This document shows, one piece after another, positions 25,401-40,400 of a DNA stretch of 64,000 nucleotides. The position numbers were made by a program, and so were the translations under genes. Each line of letters begins with the position of its first letter. Position 1 is the first letter of the stretch. The notes beneath the pieces were generated by a model. It was not told the origin of the DNA, ran no database searches, and saw nothing but the letters and a program-made list of their open reading frames with translations. The DNA comes from the human T2T-CHM13v2.0 reference genome, Homo sapiens: the NCBI RefSeq assembly GCF_009914755.1, contig NC_060944.1; one strand, written 5' to 3'.

Positions 25401-28400
25401 AGATTTGAAACACTCTTTTTGTAGTATCTGGAAGTGGACATTTGGAGCGCTTTCAGGCCTATGTTGAAAAAGGAAATATCTTCCCATAAAAACTAGACGG
25501 AAGCATTCTCAGAAACTTATTTGTGATGTGTTTGCTCAACTAACAGGATTGAACCATCGTTTTGAAGGAGCAGTTTTGAAACACTGTTTTCGTGGAATCT
25601 GCAAGTGGATATTTGGCTAGCTTTGAGGATTTCGTTGGAAACGGGATTACATATAAAAAGGAGACAGCAGCATTCTCAGAAACTTCTTTGTGATGTCTGC
25701 ATTCAATTCACAGAGTTGAGCATTCCCTTTCATAGAGCAGGATGGAAACACTCTTTTTGTAGTATCTGGATGAGGACATTTGGAGCGCTTTCAGGCGTAT
25801 GGTGAAAAAGGAAATATCTTCCCGTAAAAACTAGACAGAAGCATTCTCAGAAGTTTATTTGTGATGTGTGCCCTCAACTAACAGAGTTGAACCTTTCTTT
25901 TGATAGAGCAGTTTTGAAACACTCTTTTTGTAAAATCTGCAAGAGGATATTTGGATAGCTTTGAGGATTTCGTTGCAAACGGGAATGGCTTCATATAAAC
26001 TCTAGACAGAAGCATTCTCAGAAACTTCGTTGGGATGTTTCGATTGAAGTCCCAGTGTTGAACATTCCCTTTTATAGAGCAGGTTGGAAACACTCTTTCT
26101 GCATTCCCTGGAAGTGGACATTTGGAGCGCTTTCAGGACGACGGTGAAAATGGAAATATCTTCCAAGAAAATCTAGATAGAAGCAACGTCAGAAACTTTT
26201 ATGTGATGGATCTACTCAGCTAACAGAGTTGAACCTTTCTTTTGAGAGAGCAGTTTTGCAACACTCTTTTTGTGGAATATGCAAGTGGATATTAGGGCAG
26301 CTTTGAGGATTTCGTTGGAAACGGGAATACATGTAAAAAGCAGACAGCAGCATTCTCAGAAACTTCTTTGTGATGTTTGCATTGAAGTCACAGAGTTGAA
26401 CATTCCCTTTGAGAGAGCAGGTTTGAAACACGCCTTTTGTCATATCTGGAAGTGTCCATTCGGAGCGCATTCAGGCTTGTGTTGAAAAAGGAAATATCCT
26501 CCCATAAAAACTAGACAGAAGCATTCTCAGAAACTTATCTGTGATGTATGTACTCAACTAACAGAACTAAACCATCGTTTTGAAGGAGCAGTTTTGAAAC
26601 ACTCTTTTTGCGGAATCTGCAAGTGGCTATTTGGCTAGCTGGGAGGATTTCGTTGGAAACGGGATTACATACAAAAAGCAGACAGCAGCATTCTCAGAAA
26701 CTTCTTTGTGATGTTTGCATTCAAGTCACAGAGTTGAACATTCCCTTTCATAGAGCAGGTTTGAAACACTCTTTTTGTAGTATCTGGATGTGGACATTTG
26801 GATCGCTTTCAGGCCTATGGTGAAAAAGGAAATATCTTCCCATGAAAACTAGACAGAAGCATTCTCAGAAACTTATTTGTGATGTGTGCCCTCAACTGAC
26901 AGTGTTGAACCTTTGTTTTGATAGAGCAGTTCTGAAACACACTTTTTGTAAAATCTGCAAGAGGATATTTGGATAGCTTTGAGGATTTCGTTGGAAACGG
27001 GAATGTCTTCATGTAAACTCTAGACAGAAGCATTCTCAGAAACTGCTTTGGGATGTTTCAATTGAAGTCCCAGTGTTGAACATTCCCTTTCATAGAGCAG
27101 GTTTGAAACACTCTTTTTGTACTATCTGGAAGTGGACATTTGGAGCGCTTTCAGGTCTACGGTGAAAAAGGAGATATCTTCCAATAAAAACTAGATAGAA
27201 GCAATGTCAGAACTTTTTTCATGATGTATCTACTCAGCAAACAGAGTTGAACCTTTCTTTTGAGAGAGCAGTTTTGAAACACTCTTTTTGTGGAATATGC
27301 AAGTGGGTATTAGGCCAGCTTGGAGGATTTCGTTGGAAACGGGAATACGTATAAAAAGCAGACAGCAGCATTGTCAGAAACTACTTTGTGATGTTTGCAT
27401 TCAAGTCACAGAATTGAACACTCCCTTTCACAGAGCAGGTTTGAAACACTCTTTTTGTAGTGTCTGTAAGTGAACATTTGGATTGCTTTCAGGCCTAAGG
27501 TGAAAAAGGAAATATCTTCCCATAAAAACTAGACAGAAGCATTCTCAGAAACTTGTTTGTGATGTGTGCCCTCTACTGACAGAGTTGAAGCTTTCTTTGC
27601 AAAGAGCAGTTTTGAAACACTCTTTTTGTAGAATCTGCAAGAGGATATTTGGATAGCTTTGAGGATTTCTTGGGAAACGGGAATGTCTTCAGATAAACTC
27701 TAGACAGAAGCATTCTCAGAAACTTCTTTGGGATGTTTCAATTGAAGTCACAGTGTTGAACATTCCCTTTCACAGAGCAGGTTTGAAACACTCTTTTTGT
27801 AGTGTCTATAAGTGAACATTTGGCGTGCTTTCAGGCCTAACGTGAAAAAGGAAATATCTTCCCATAAAAACTAGACAGAAGCATTCTCAGAAACTTGTTC
27901 GTGATGTGTCCCCTCTACTGACAGAGTTGAACCTTTCTTTGCAAAGAGCAGCTTTGAAACACTCTTTTTGTAGAATCTGCAAGAGGATATTTGGATAGCT
28001 TGGAGGATTTCGTTGGAAACGGGTATGTCTTCAGATAAACTCTAGACAGAAGCATTCTCAGAAACTTCTTTGGGATGTTGCATTCAAGTCACAGAGTAGA
28101 ACATTCCCATTCATAGAGCAGATTTGAAACACTCTTTTTGTAGTATCTGGAAGTGGACATTTGGAGCGCTTTCAGGCCTATGTTGAAAAAGGAAATATCT
28201 TCCCATAAAAACTAGACGGAAGCATTCTCAGAAACTTATTTGTGATGTGTTTGCTCAACTAACAGGATTGAACCATCGTTTTGAAGGAGCAGTTTTGAAA
28301 CACTGTTTTCGTGGAATCTGCAAGTGGATATTTGGCTAGCTTTGAGGATTTCGTTGGAAACGGGATTACATATAAAAAGGAGACAGCAGCATTCTCAGAA

Positions 28401-31400
28401 ACTTCTTTGTGATGTCTGCATTCAATTCACAGAGTTGAGCATTCCCTTTCATAGAGCAGGTTGGAAACACTCTTTTTGTAGTATCTGGATGAGGACATTT
28501 GGAGCGCTTTCAGGCGTATGGTGAAAAAGGAAATATCTTCCCGTAAAAACTAGACAGAAGCATTCTCAGAAGTTTATTTGTGATGTGTGCCCTCAACTAA
28601 CAGAGTTGAACCTTTCTTTTGATAGAGCAGTTTTGAAACACTCTTTTTGTAAAATCTGCAAGAGGATATTTGGATAGCTTTGAGGATTTCGTTGCAAACG
28701 GGAATGGCTTCATATAAACTCTAGACAGAAGCATTCTCAGAAACTTCGTTGGGATGTTTCGATTGAAGTCCCAGTGTTGAACATTCCCTTTTATAGAGCA
28801 GGTTGGAAACACTCTTTCTGCATTCCCTGGAAGTGGACATTTGGAGCGCTTTCAGGACGACGGTGAAAATGGAAATATCTTCCAAGAAAATCTAGATAGA
28901 AGCAATGTCAGAAACTTTTATGTGATGGATCTACTCAGCTAACAGAGTTGAACCTTTCTTTTGAGAGAGCAGTTTTGCAACACTCTTTTTGTGGAATATG
29001 CAAGTGGATATTAGGGCAGCTTTGAGGATTTCGTTGGAAACGGGAATACATGTAAAAAGCAGACAGCAGCATTCTCAGAAACTTCTTTGTGATGTTTGCA
29101 TTGAAGTCACAGAGTTGAACATTCCCTTTGAGAGAGCAGGTTTGAAACACGCCTTTTGTCATATCTGGAAGTGTCCATTCGGAGCGCATTCAGGCTTGTG
29201 TTGAAAAAGGAAATATCCTCCCATAAAAACTAGACAGAAGCATTCTCAGAAACTTATCTGTGATGTATGTACTCAACTAACAGAACTAAACCATCGTTTT
29301 GAAGGAGCAGTTTTGAAACACTCTTTTTGCGGAATCTGCAAGTGGATATTTGGCTAGCTGGGAGGATTTCGTTGGAAACGGGATTACATACAAAAAGCAG
29401 ACAGCAGCATTCTCAGAAACTTCTTTGTGATGTTTGCATTCAAGTCACAGAGTTGAACATTCCCTTTCATAGAGCAGGTTTGAAACACTCTTTTTGTAGT
29501 ATCTGGATGTGGACATTTGGATCGCTTTCAGGCCTATGGTGAAAAAGGAAATATCTTCCCATGAAAACTAGACAGAAGCATTCTCAGAAACTTATTTGTG
29601 ATGTGTGCCCTCAACTGACAGTGTTGAACCTTTGTTTTGATAGAGCAGTTCTGAAACACACTTTTTGTAAAATCTGCAAGAGGATATTTGGATAGCTTTG
29701 AGGATTTCGTTGGAAACGGGAATGTCTTCATGTAAACTCTAGACAGAAGCATTCTCAGAAACTGCTTTGGGATGTTTCAATTGAAGTCCCAGTGTTGAAC
29801 ATTCCCTTTCATAGAGCAGGTTTGAAACACTCTTTTTGTACTATCTGGAAGTGGACATTTGGAGCGCTTTCAGGTCTACGGTGAAAAAGGAGATATCTTC
29901 CAATAAAAACTAGATAGAAGCAATGTCAGAACTTTTTTCATGATGTATCTACTCAGCAAACAGAGTTGAACCTTTCTTTTGAGAGAGCAGTTTTGAAACA
30001 CTCTTTTTGTGGAATATGCAAGTGGGTATTAGGCCAGCTTGGAGGATTTCGTTGGAAACGGGAATACGTATAAAAAGCAGACAGCAGCATTGTCAGAAAC
30101 TACTTTGTGATGTTTGCATTCAAGTCACAGAATTGAACACTCCCTTTCACAGAGCAGGTTTGAAACACTCTTTTTGTAGTGTCTGTAAGTGAACATTTGG
30201 ATTGCTTTCAGGCCTAAGGTGAAAAAGGAAATATCTTCCCATAAAAACTAGACAGAAGCATTCTCAGAAACTTGTTTGTGATGTGTGCCCTCTACTGACA
30301 GAGTTGAAGCTTTCTTTGCAAAGAGCAGTTTTGAAACACTCTTTTTGTAGAATCTGCAAGAGGATATTTGGATAGCTTTGAGGATTTCTTGGGAAACGGG
30401 AATGTCTTCAGATAAACTCTAGACAGAAGCATTCTCAGAAACTTCTTTGGGATGTTTCAATTGAAGTCACAGTGTTGAACATTCCCTTTCACAGAGCAGG
30501 TTTGAAACACTCTTTTTGTAGTGTCTATAAGTGAACATTTGGCGTGCTTTCAGGCCTAACGTGAAAAAGGAAATATCTTCCCATAAAAACTAGACAGAAG
30601 CATTCTCAGAAACTTGTTCTTGATGTGTCCCCTCTACTGACAGAGTTGAACCTTTCTTTGCAAAGAGCAGCTTTGAAACACTCTTTTTGTAGAATCTGCA
30701 AGAGGATATTTGGATAGCTTGGAGGATTTCGTTGGAAACGGGTATGTCTTCAGATAAACTCTAGACAGAAGCATTCTCAGAAACTTCTTTGGGATGTTGC
30801 ATTCAAGTCACAGAGTAGAACATTCCCATTCATAGAGCAGATTTGAAACACTCTTTTTGTAGTATCTGGAAGTGGACATTTGGAGCGCTTTCAGGCCTAT
30901 GTTGAAAAAGGAAACATCTTCCCATAAGAACTAGACGGAAGCATTCTCAGAAACTTATTTGTGATGTGTTTGCTCAACTAACAGGATTGAACCATCGTTT
31001 TGAAGGAGCAGTTTTGAAACACTGTTTTCGTGGAATCTGCAAGTGGATATTTGGCTAGCTTTGAGGATTTCGTTGGAAACGGGATTACATATAAAAAGGA
31101 GACAGCAGCATTCTCAGAAACTTCTTTGTGATGTCTGCATTCAATTCACAGAGTTGAGCATTCCCTTTCATAGAGCAGGTTGGAAACACTCTTTTTGTAG
31201 TATCTGGATGAGGACATTTGGAGCGCTTTCAGGCGTATGGTGAAAAAGGAAATATCTTCCCGTAAAAACTAGACAGAAGCATTCTCAGAAGTTTATTTGT
31301 GATGTGTGCCCTCAACTAACAGAGTTGAACCTTTCTTTTGATAGAGCAGTTTTGAAACACTCTTTTTGTAAAATCTGCAAGAGGATATTTGGATAGCTTT

Positions 31401-34400
31401 GAGGATTTCGTTGCAAACGGGAATGGCTTCATATAAACTCTAGACAGAAGCATTCTCAGAAACTTCGTTGGGATGTTTCGATTGAAGTCCCAGTGTTGAA
31501 CATTCCCTTTTATAGAGCAGGTTGGAAACACTCTTTCTGCATTCCCTGGAAGTGGACATTTGGAGCGCTTTCAGGACGACGGTGAAAATGGAAATATCTT
31601 CCAAGAAAATCTAGATAGAAGCAATGTCAGAAACTTTTATGTGATGGATCTACTCAGCTAACAGAGTTGAACCTTTCTTTTGAGAGAGCAGTTTTGCAAC
31701 ACTCTTTTTGTGGAATATGCAAGTGGATATTAGGGCAGCTTTGAGGATTTCGTTGGAAACGGGAATACATGTAAAAAGCAGACAGCAGCATTCTCAGAAA
31801 CTTCTTTGTGATGTTTGCATTGAAGTCACAGAGTTGAACATTCCCTTTGAGAGAGCAGGTTTGAAACACGCCTTTTGTCATATCTGGAAGTGTCCATTCG
31901 GAGCGCATTCAGGCTTGTGTTGAAAAAGGAAATATCCTCCCATAAAAACTAGACAGAAGCATTCTCAGAAACTTATCTGTGATGTATGTACTCAACTAAC
32001 AGAACTAAACCATCGTTTTGAAGGAGCAGTTTTGAAACACTCTTTTTGCGGAATCTGCAAGTGGATATTTGGCTAGCTGGGAGGATTTCGTTGGAAACGG
32101 GATTACATACAAAAAGCAGACAGCAGCATTCTCAGAAACTTCTTTGTGATGTTTGCATTCAACTCACAGAGTTGAACATTCCCTTTCATAGAGCAGGTTT
32201 GAAACACTCTTTTTGTAGTATCTGGATGTGGACATTTGGATCGCTTTCAGGCCTATGGTGAAAAAGGAAATATCTTCCCATGAAAACTAGACAGAAGCAT
32301 TCTCAGAAACTTATTTGTGATGTGTGCCCTCAACTGACAGTGTTGAACCTTTGTTTTGATAGAGCAGTTCTGAAACACACTTTTTGTAAAATCTGCAAGA
32401 GGATATTTGGATAGCTTTGAGGATTTCGTTGGAAACGGGAATGTCTTCATGTAAACTCTAGACAGAAGCATTCTCAGAAACTGCTTTGGGATGTTTCAAT
32501 TGAAGTCCCAGTGTTGAACATTCCCATTCATAGAGCAGGTTTGAAACACTCTTTTTGTACTATCTGGAAGTGGACATTTGGAGCGCTTTCAGGTCTACGG
32601 TGAAAAAGGAGATATCTTCCAATAAAAACTAGATAGAAGCAATGTCAGAACTTTTTTCATGATGTATCTACTCAGCAAACAGAGTTGAACCTTTCTTTTG
32701 AGAGAGCAGTTTTGAAACACTCTTTTTGTGGAATATGCAAGTGGGTATTAGGCCAGCTTGGAGGATTTCGTTGGAAACGGGAATACGTATAAAAAGCAGA
32801 CAGCAGCATTGTCAGAAACTACTTTGTGATGTTTGCATTCAAGTCACAGAATTGAACACTCCCTTTCACAGAGCAGGTTTGAAACACTCTTTTTGTAGTG
32901 TCTGTAAGTGAACATTTGGATTGCTTTCAGGCCTAAGGTGAAAAAGGAAATATCTTCCCATAAAAACTAGACAGAAGCATTCTCAGAAACTTGTTTGTGA
33001 TGTGTGCCCTCTACTGACAGAGTTGAAGCTTTCTTTGCAAAGAGCAGTTTTGAAACACTCTTTTTGTAGAATCTGCAAGAGGATATTTGGATAGCTTTGA
33101 GGATTTCTTGGGAAACGGGAATGTCTTCAGATAAACTCTAGACAGAAGCATTCTCAGAAACTTCTTTGGGATGTTTCAATTGAAGTCACAGTGTTGAACA
33201 TTCCCTTTCACAGAGCAGGTTTGAAACACTCTTTTTGTAGTGTCTATAAGTGAACATTTGGCGTGCTTTCAGGCCTAACGTGAAAAAGGAAATATCTTCC
33301 CATAAAAACTAGACAGAAGCATTCTCAGAAACTTGTTCTTGATGTGTCCCCTCTACTGACAGAGTTGAACCTTTCTTTGCAAAGAGCAGCTTTGAAACAC
33401 TCTTTTGGTAGAATCTGCAAGAGGATATTTGGATAGCTTGGAGGATTTCGTTGGAAACGGGTATGTCTTCAGATAAACTCTAGACAGAAGCATTCTCAGA
33501 AACTTCTTTGGGATGTTGCATTCAAGTCACAGAGTAGAACATTCCCATTCATAGAGCAGATTTGAAACACTCTTTTTGTAGTATCTGGAAGTGGACATTT
33601 GGAGCGCTTTCAGGCCTATGTTGAAAAAGGAAATATCTTCCCATAAAAACTAGACGGAAGCATTCTCAGAAACTTATTTGTGATGTGTTTGCTCAACTAA
33701 CAGGATTGAACCATCGTTTTGAAGGAGCAGTTTTGAAACACTGTTTTCGTGGAATCTGCAAGTGGATATTTGGCTAGCTTTGAGGATTTCGTTGGAAACG
33801 GGATTACATATAAAAAGGAGACAGCAGCATTCTCAGAAACTTCTTTGTGATGTCTGCATTCAATTCACAGAGTTGAGCATTCCCTTTCATAGAGCAGGTT
33901 GGAAACACTCTTTTTGTAGTATCTGGATGAGGACATTTGGAGCGCTTTCAGGCGTATGGTGAAAAAGGAAATATCTTCCCGTAAAAACTAGACAGAAGCA
34001 TTCTCAGAAGTTTATTTGTGATGTGTGCCCTCAACTAACAGAGTTGAACCTTTCTTTTGATAGAGCAGTTTTGAAACACTCTTTTTGTAAAATCTGCAAG
34101 AGGATATTTGGATAGCTTTGAGGATTTCGTTGCAAACGGGAATGGCTTCATATAAACTCTAGACAGAAGCATTCTCAGAAACTTCGTTGGGATGTTTCGA
34201 TTGAAGTCCCAGTGTTGAACATTCCCTTTTATAGAGCAGGTTGGAAACACTCTTTCTGCATTCCCTGGAAGTGGACATTTGGAGCGCTTTCAGGACGACG
34301 GTGAAAATGGAAATATCTTCCAAGAAAATCTAGATAGAAGCAATGTCAGAAACTTTTATGTGATGGATCTACTCAGCTAACAGAGTTGAACCTTTCTTTT

Positions 34401-37400
34401 GAGAGAGCAGTTTTGCAACACTCTTTTTGTGGAATATGCAAGTGGATATTAGGGCAGCTTTGAGGATTTCGTTGGAAACGGGAATACATGTAAAAAGCAG
34501 ACAGCAGCATTCTCAGAAACTTCTTTGTGATGTTTGCATTGAAGTCACAGAGTTGAACATTCCCTTTGAGAGAGCAGGTTTGAAACACGCCTTTTGTCAT
34601 ATCTGGAAGTGTCCATTCGGAGCGCATTCAGGCTTGTGTTGAAAAAGGAAATATCCTCCCATAAAAACTAGACAGAAGCATTCTCAGAAACTTATCTGTG
34701 ATGTATGTACTCAACTAACAGAACTAAACCATCGTTTTGAAGGAGCAGTTTTGAAACACTCTTTTTGCGGAATCTGCAAGTGGATATTTGGCTAGCTGGG
34801 AGGATTTCGTTGGAAACGGGATTACATACAAAAAGCAGACAGCAGCATTCTCAGAAACTTCTTTGTGATGTTTGCATTCAAGTCACAGAGTTGAACATTC
34901 CCTTTCATAGAGCAGGTTTGAAACACTCTTTTTGTAGTATCTGGATGTGGACATTTGGATCGCTTTCAGGCCTATGGTGAAAAAGGAAATATCTTCCCAT
35001 GAAAACTAGACAGAAGCATTCTCAGAAACTTATTTGTGATGTGTGCCCTCAACTGACAGTGTTGAACCTTTGTTTTGATAGAGCAGTTCTGAAACACACT
35101 TTTTGTAAAATCTGCAAGAGGATATTTGGATAGCTTTGAGGATTTCGTTGGAAACGGGAATGTCTTCATGTAAACTCTAGACAGAAGCATTCTCAGAAAC
35201 TGCTTTGGGATGTTTCAATTGAAGTCCCAGTGTTGAACATTCCCTTTCATAGAGCAGGTTTGAAACACTCTTTTTGTACTATCTGGAAGTGGACATTTGG
35301 AGCGCTTTCAGGTCTACGGTGAAAAAGGAGATATCTTCCAATAAAAACTAGATAGAAGCAATGTCAGAACTTTTTTCATGATGTATCTACTCAGCAAACA
35401 GAGTTGAACCTTTCTTTTGAGAGAGCAGTTTTGAAACACTCTTTTTGTGGAATATGCAAGTGGGTATTAGGCCAGCTTGGAGGATTTCGTTGGAAACGGG
35501 AATACGTATAAAAAGCAGACAGCAGCATTGTCAGAAACTACTTTGTGATGTTTGCATTCAAGTCACAGAATTGAACACTCCCTTTCACAGAGCAGGTTTG
35601 AAACACTCTTTTTGTAGTGTCTGTAAGTGAACATTTGGATTGCTTTCAGGCCTAAGGTGAAAAAGGAAATATCTTCCCATAAAAACTAGACAGAAGCATT
35701 CTCAGAAACTTGTTTGTGATGTGTGCCCTCTACTGACAGAGTTGAAGCTTTCTTTGCAAAGAGCAGTTTTGAAACACTCTTTTTGTAGAATCTGCAAGAG
35801 GATATTTGGATAGCTTTGAGGATTTCTTGGGAAACGGGAATGTCTTCAGATAAACTCTAGACAGAAGCATTCTCAGAAACTTCTTTGGGATGTTTCAATT
35901 GAAGTCACAGTGTTGAACATTCCCTTTCACAGAGCAGGTTTGAAACACTCTTTTTGTAGTGTCTATAAGTGAACATTTGGCGTGCTTTCAGGCCTAACGT
36001 GAAAAAGGAAATATCTTCCCATAAAAACTAGACAGAAGCATTCTCAGAAACTTGTTCTTGATGTGTCCCCTCTACTGACAGAGTTGAACCTTTCTTTGCA
36101 AAGAGCAGCTTTGAAACACTCTTTTGGTAGAATCTGCAAGAGGATATTTGGATAGCTTGGAGGATTTCGTTGGAAACGGGTATGTCTTCAGATAAACTCT
36201 AGACAGAAGCATTCTCAGAAACTTCTTTGGGATGTTGCATTCAAGTCACAGAGTAGAACATTCCCATTCATAGAGCAGATTTGAAACACTCTTTTTGTAG
36301 TATCTGGAAGTGGACATTTGGAGCGCTTTCAGGCCTATGTTGAAAAAGGAAACATCTTCCCATAAGAACTAGACGGAAGCATTCTCAGAAACTTATTTGT
36401 GATGTGTTTGCTCAACTAACAGGATTGAACCATCGTTTTGAAGGAGCAGTTTTGAAACACTGTTTTCGTGGAATCTGCAAGTGGATATTTGGCTAGCTTT
36501 GAGGATTTCGTTGGAAACGGGATTACATATAAAAAGGAGACAGCAGCATTCTCAGAAACTTCTTTGTGATGTCTGCATTCAATTCACAGAGTTGAGCATT
36601 CCCTTTCATAGAGCAGGTTGGAAACACTCTTTTTGTAGTATCTGGATGAGGACATTTGGAGCGCTTTCAGGCGTATGGTGAAAAAGGAAATATCTTCCCG
36701 TAAAAACTAGACAGAAGCATTCTCAGAAGTTTATTTGTGATGTGTGCCCTCAACTAACAGAGTTGAACCTTTCTTTTGATAGAGCAGTTTTGAAACACTC
36801 TTTTTGTAAAATCTGCAAGAGGATATTTGGATAGCTTTGAGGATTTCGTTGCAAACGGGAATGGCTTCATATAAACTCTAGACAGAAGCATTCTCAGAAA
36901 CTTCGTTGGGATGTTTCGATTGAAGTCCCAGTGTTGAACATTCCCTTTTATAGAGCAGGTTGGAAACACTCTTTCTGCATTCCCTGGAAGTGGACATTTG
37001 GAGCGCTTTCAGGACGACGGTGAAAATGGAAATATCTTCCAAGAAAATCTAGATAGAAGCAATGTCAGAAACTTTTATGTGATGGATCTACTCAGCTAAC
37101 AGAGTTGAACCTTTCTTTTGAGAGAGCAGTTTTGCAACACTCTTTTTGTGGAATATGCAAGTGGATATTAGGGCAGCTTTGAGGATTTCGTTGGAAACGG
37201 GAATACATGTAAAAAGCAGACAGCAGCATTCTCAGAAACTTCTTTGTGATGTTTGCATTGAAGTCACAGAGTTGAACATTCCCTTTGAGAGAGCAGGTTT
37301 GAAACACGCCTTTTGTCATATCTGGAAGTGTCCATTCGGAGCGCATTCAGGCTTGTGTTGAAAAAGGAAATATCCTCCCAGAAAAACTAGACAGAAGCAT

Positions 37401-40400
37401 TCTCAGAAACTTATCTGTGATGTATGTACTCAACTAACAGAACTAAACCATCGTTTTGAAGGAGCAGTTTTGAAACACTCTTTTTGCGGAATCTGCAAGT
37501 GGATATTTGGCTAGCTGGGAGGATTTCGTTGGAAACGGGATTACATACAAAAAGCAGACAGCAGCATTCTCAGAAACTTCTTTGTGATGTTTGCATTCAA
37601 GTCACAGAGTTGAACATTCCCTTTCATAGAGCAGGTTTGAAACACTCTTTTTGTAGTATCTGGATGTGGACATTTGGATCGCTTTCAGGCCTATGGTGAA
37701 AAAGGAAATATCTTCCCATGAAAACTAGACAGAAGCATTCTCAGAAACTTATTTGTGATGTGTGCCCTCAACTGACAGTGTTGAACCTTTGTTTTGATAG
37801 AGCAGTTCTGAAACACACTTTTTGTAAAATCTGCAAGAGGATATTTGGATAGCTTTGAGGATTTCGTTGGAAACGGGAATGTCTTCATGTAAACTCTAGA
37901 CAGAAGCATTCTCAGAAACTGCTTTGGGATGTTTCAATTGAAGTCCCAGTGTTGAACATTCCCATTCATAGAGCAGGTTTGAAACACTCTTTTTGTACTA
38001 TCTGGAAGTGGACATTTGGAGCGCTTTCAGGTCTACGGTGAAAAAGGAGATATCTTCCAATAAAAACTAGATAGAAGCAATGTCAGAACTTTTTTCATGA
38101 TGTATCTACTCAGCAAACAGAGTTGAACCTTTCTTTTGAGAGAGCAGTTTTGAAACACTCTTTTTGTGGAATATGCAAGTGGGTATTAGGCCAGCTTGGA
38201 GGATTTCGTTGGAAACGGGAATACGTATAAAAAGCAGACAGCAGCATTGTCAGAAACTACTTTGTGATGTTTGCATTCAAGTCACAGAATTGAACACTCC
38301 CTTTCACAGAGCAGGTTTGAAACACTCTTTTTGTAGTGTCTGTAAGTGAACATTTGGATTGCTTTCAGGCCTAAGGTGAAAAAGGAAATATCTTCCCATA
38401 AAAACTAGACAGAAGCATTCTCAGAAACTTGTTTGTGATGTGTGCCCTCTACTGACAGAGTTGAAGCTTTCTTTGCAAAGAGCAGTTTTGAAACACTCTT
38501 TTTGTAGAATCTGCAAGAGGATATTTGGATAGCTTTGAGGATTTCTTGGGAAACGGGAATGTCTTCAGATAAACTCTAGACAGAAGCATTCTCAGAAACT
38601 TCTTTGGGATGTTTCAATTGAAGTCACAGTGTTGAACATTCCCTTTCACAGAGCAGGTTTGAAACACTCTTTTTGTAGTGTCTATAAGTGAACATTTGGC
38701 GTGCTTTCAGGCCTAACGTGAAAAAGGAAATATCTTCCCATAAAAACTAGACAGAAGCATTCTCAGAAACTTGTTCTTGATGTGTCCCCTCTACTGACAG
38801 AGTTGAACCTTTCTTTGCAAAGAGCAGCTTTGAAACACTCTTTTGGTAGAATCTGCAAGAGGATATTTGGATAGCTTGGAGGATTTCGTTGGAAACGGGT
38901 ATGTCTTCAGATAAACTCTAGACAGAAGCATTCTCAGAAACTTCTTTGGGATGTTGCATTCAAGTCACAGAGTAGAACATTCCCATTCATAGAGCAGATT
39001 TGAAACACTCTTTTTGTAGTATCTGGAAGTGGACATTTGGAGCGCTTTCAGGCCTATGTTGAAAAAGGAAACATCTTCCCATAAAAACTAGACGGAAGCA
39101 TTCTCAGAAACTTATTTGTGATGTGTTTGCTCAACTAACAGGATTGAACCATCGTTTTGAAGGAGCAGTTTTGAAACACTGTTTTCGTGGAATCTGCAAG
39201 TGGATATTTGGCTAGCTTTGAGGATTTCGTTGGAAACGGGATTACATATAAAAAGGAGACAGCAGCATTCTCAGAAACTTCTTTGTGATGTCTGCATTCA
39301 ATTCACAGAGTTGAGCATTCCCTTTCATAGAGCAGGTTGGAAACACTCTTTTTGTAGTATCTGGATGAGGACATTTGGAGCGCTTTCAGGCGTATGGTGA
39401 AAAAGGAAATATCTTCCCGTAAAAACTAGACAGAAGCATTCTCAGAAGTTTATTTGTGATGTGTGCCCTCAACTAACAGAGTTGAACCTTTCTTTTGATA
39501 GAGCAGTTTTGAAACACTCTTTTTGTAAAATCTGCAAGAGGATATTTGGATAGCTTTGAGGATTTCGTTGCAAACGGGAATGGCTTCATATAAACTCTAG
39601 ACAGAAGCATTCTCAGAAACTTCGTTGGGATGTTTCGATTGAAGTCCCAGTGTTGAACATTCCCTTTTATAGAGCAGGTTGGAAACACTCTTTCTGCATT
39701 CCCTGGAAGTGGACATTTGGAGCGCTTTCAGGACGACGGTGAAAATGGAAATATCTTCCAAGAAAATCTAGATAGAAGCAATGTCAGAAACTTTTATGTG
39801 ATGGATCTACTCAGCTAACAGAGTTGAACCTTTCTTTTGAGAGAGCAGTTTTGCAACACTCTTTTTGTGGAATATGCAAGTGGATATTAGGGCAGCTTTG
39901 AGGATTTCGTTGGAAACGGGAATACATGTAAAAAGCAGACAGCAGCATTCTCAGAAACTTCTTTGTGATGTTTGCATTGAAGTCACAGAGTTGAACATTC
40001 CCTTTGAGAGAGCAGGTTTGAAACACGCCTTTTGTCATATCTGGAAGTGTCCATTCGGAGCGCATTCAGGCTTGTGTTGAAAAAGGAAATATCCTCCCAT
40101 AAAAACTAGACAGAAGCATTCTCAGAAACTTATCTGTGATGTATGTACTCAACTAACAGAACTAAACCATCGTTTTGAAGGAGCAGTTTTGAAACACTCT
40201 TTTTGCGGAATCTGCAAGTGGATATTTGGCTAGCTGGGAGGATTTCGTTGGAAACGGGATTACATACAAAAAGCAGACAGCAGCATTCTCAGAAACTTCT
40301 TTGTGATGTTTGCATTCAAGTCACAGAGTTGAACATTCCCTTTCATAGAGCAGGTTTGAAACACTCTTTTTGTAGTATCTGGATGTGGACATTTGGATCG

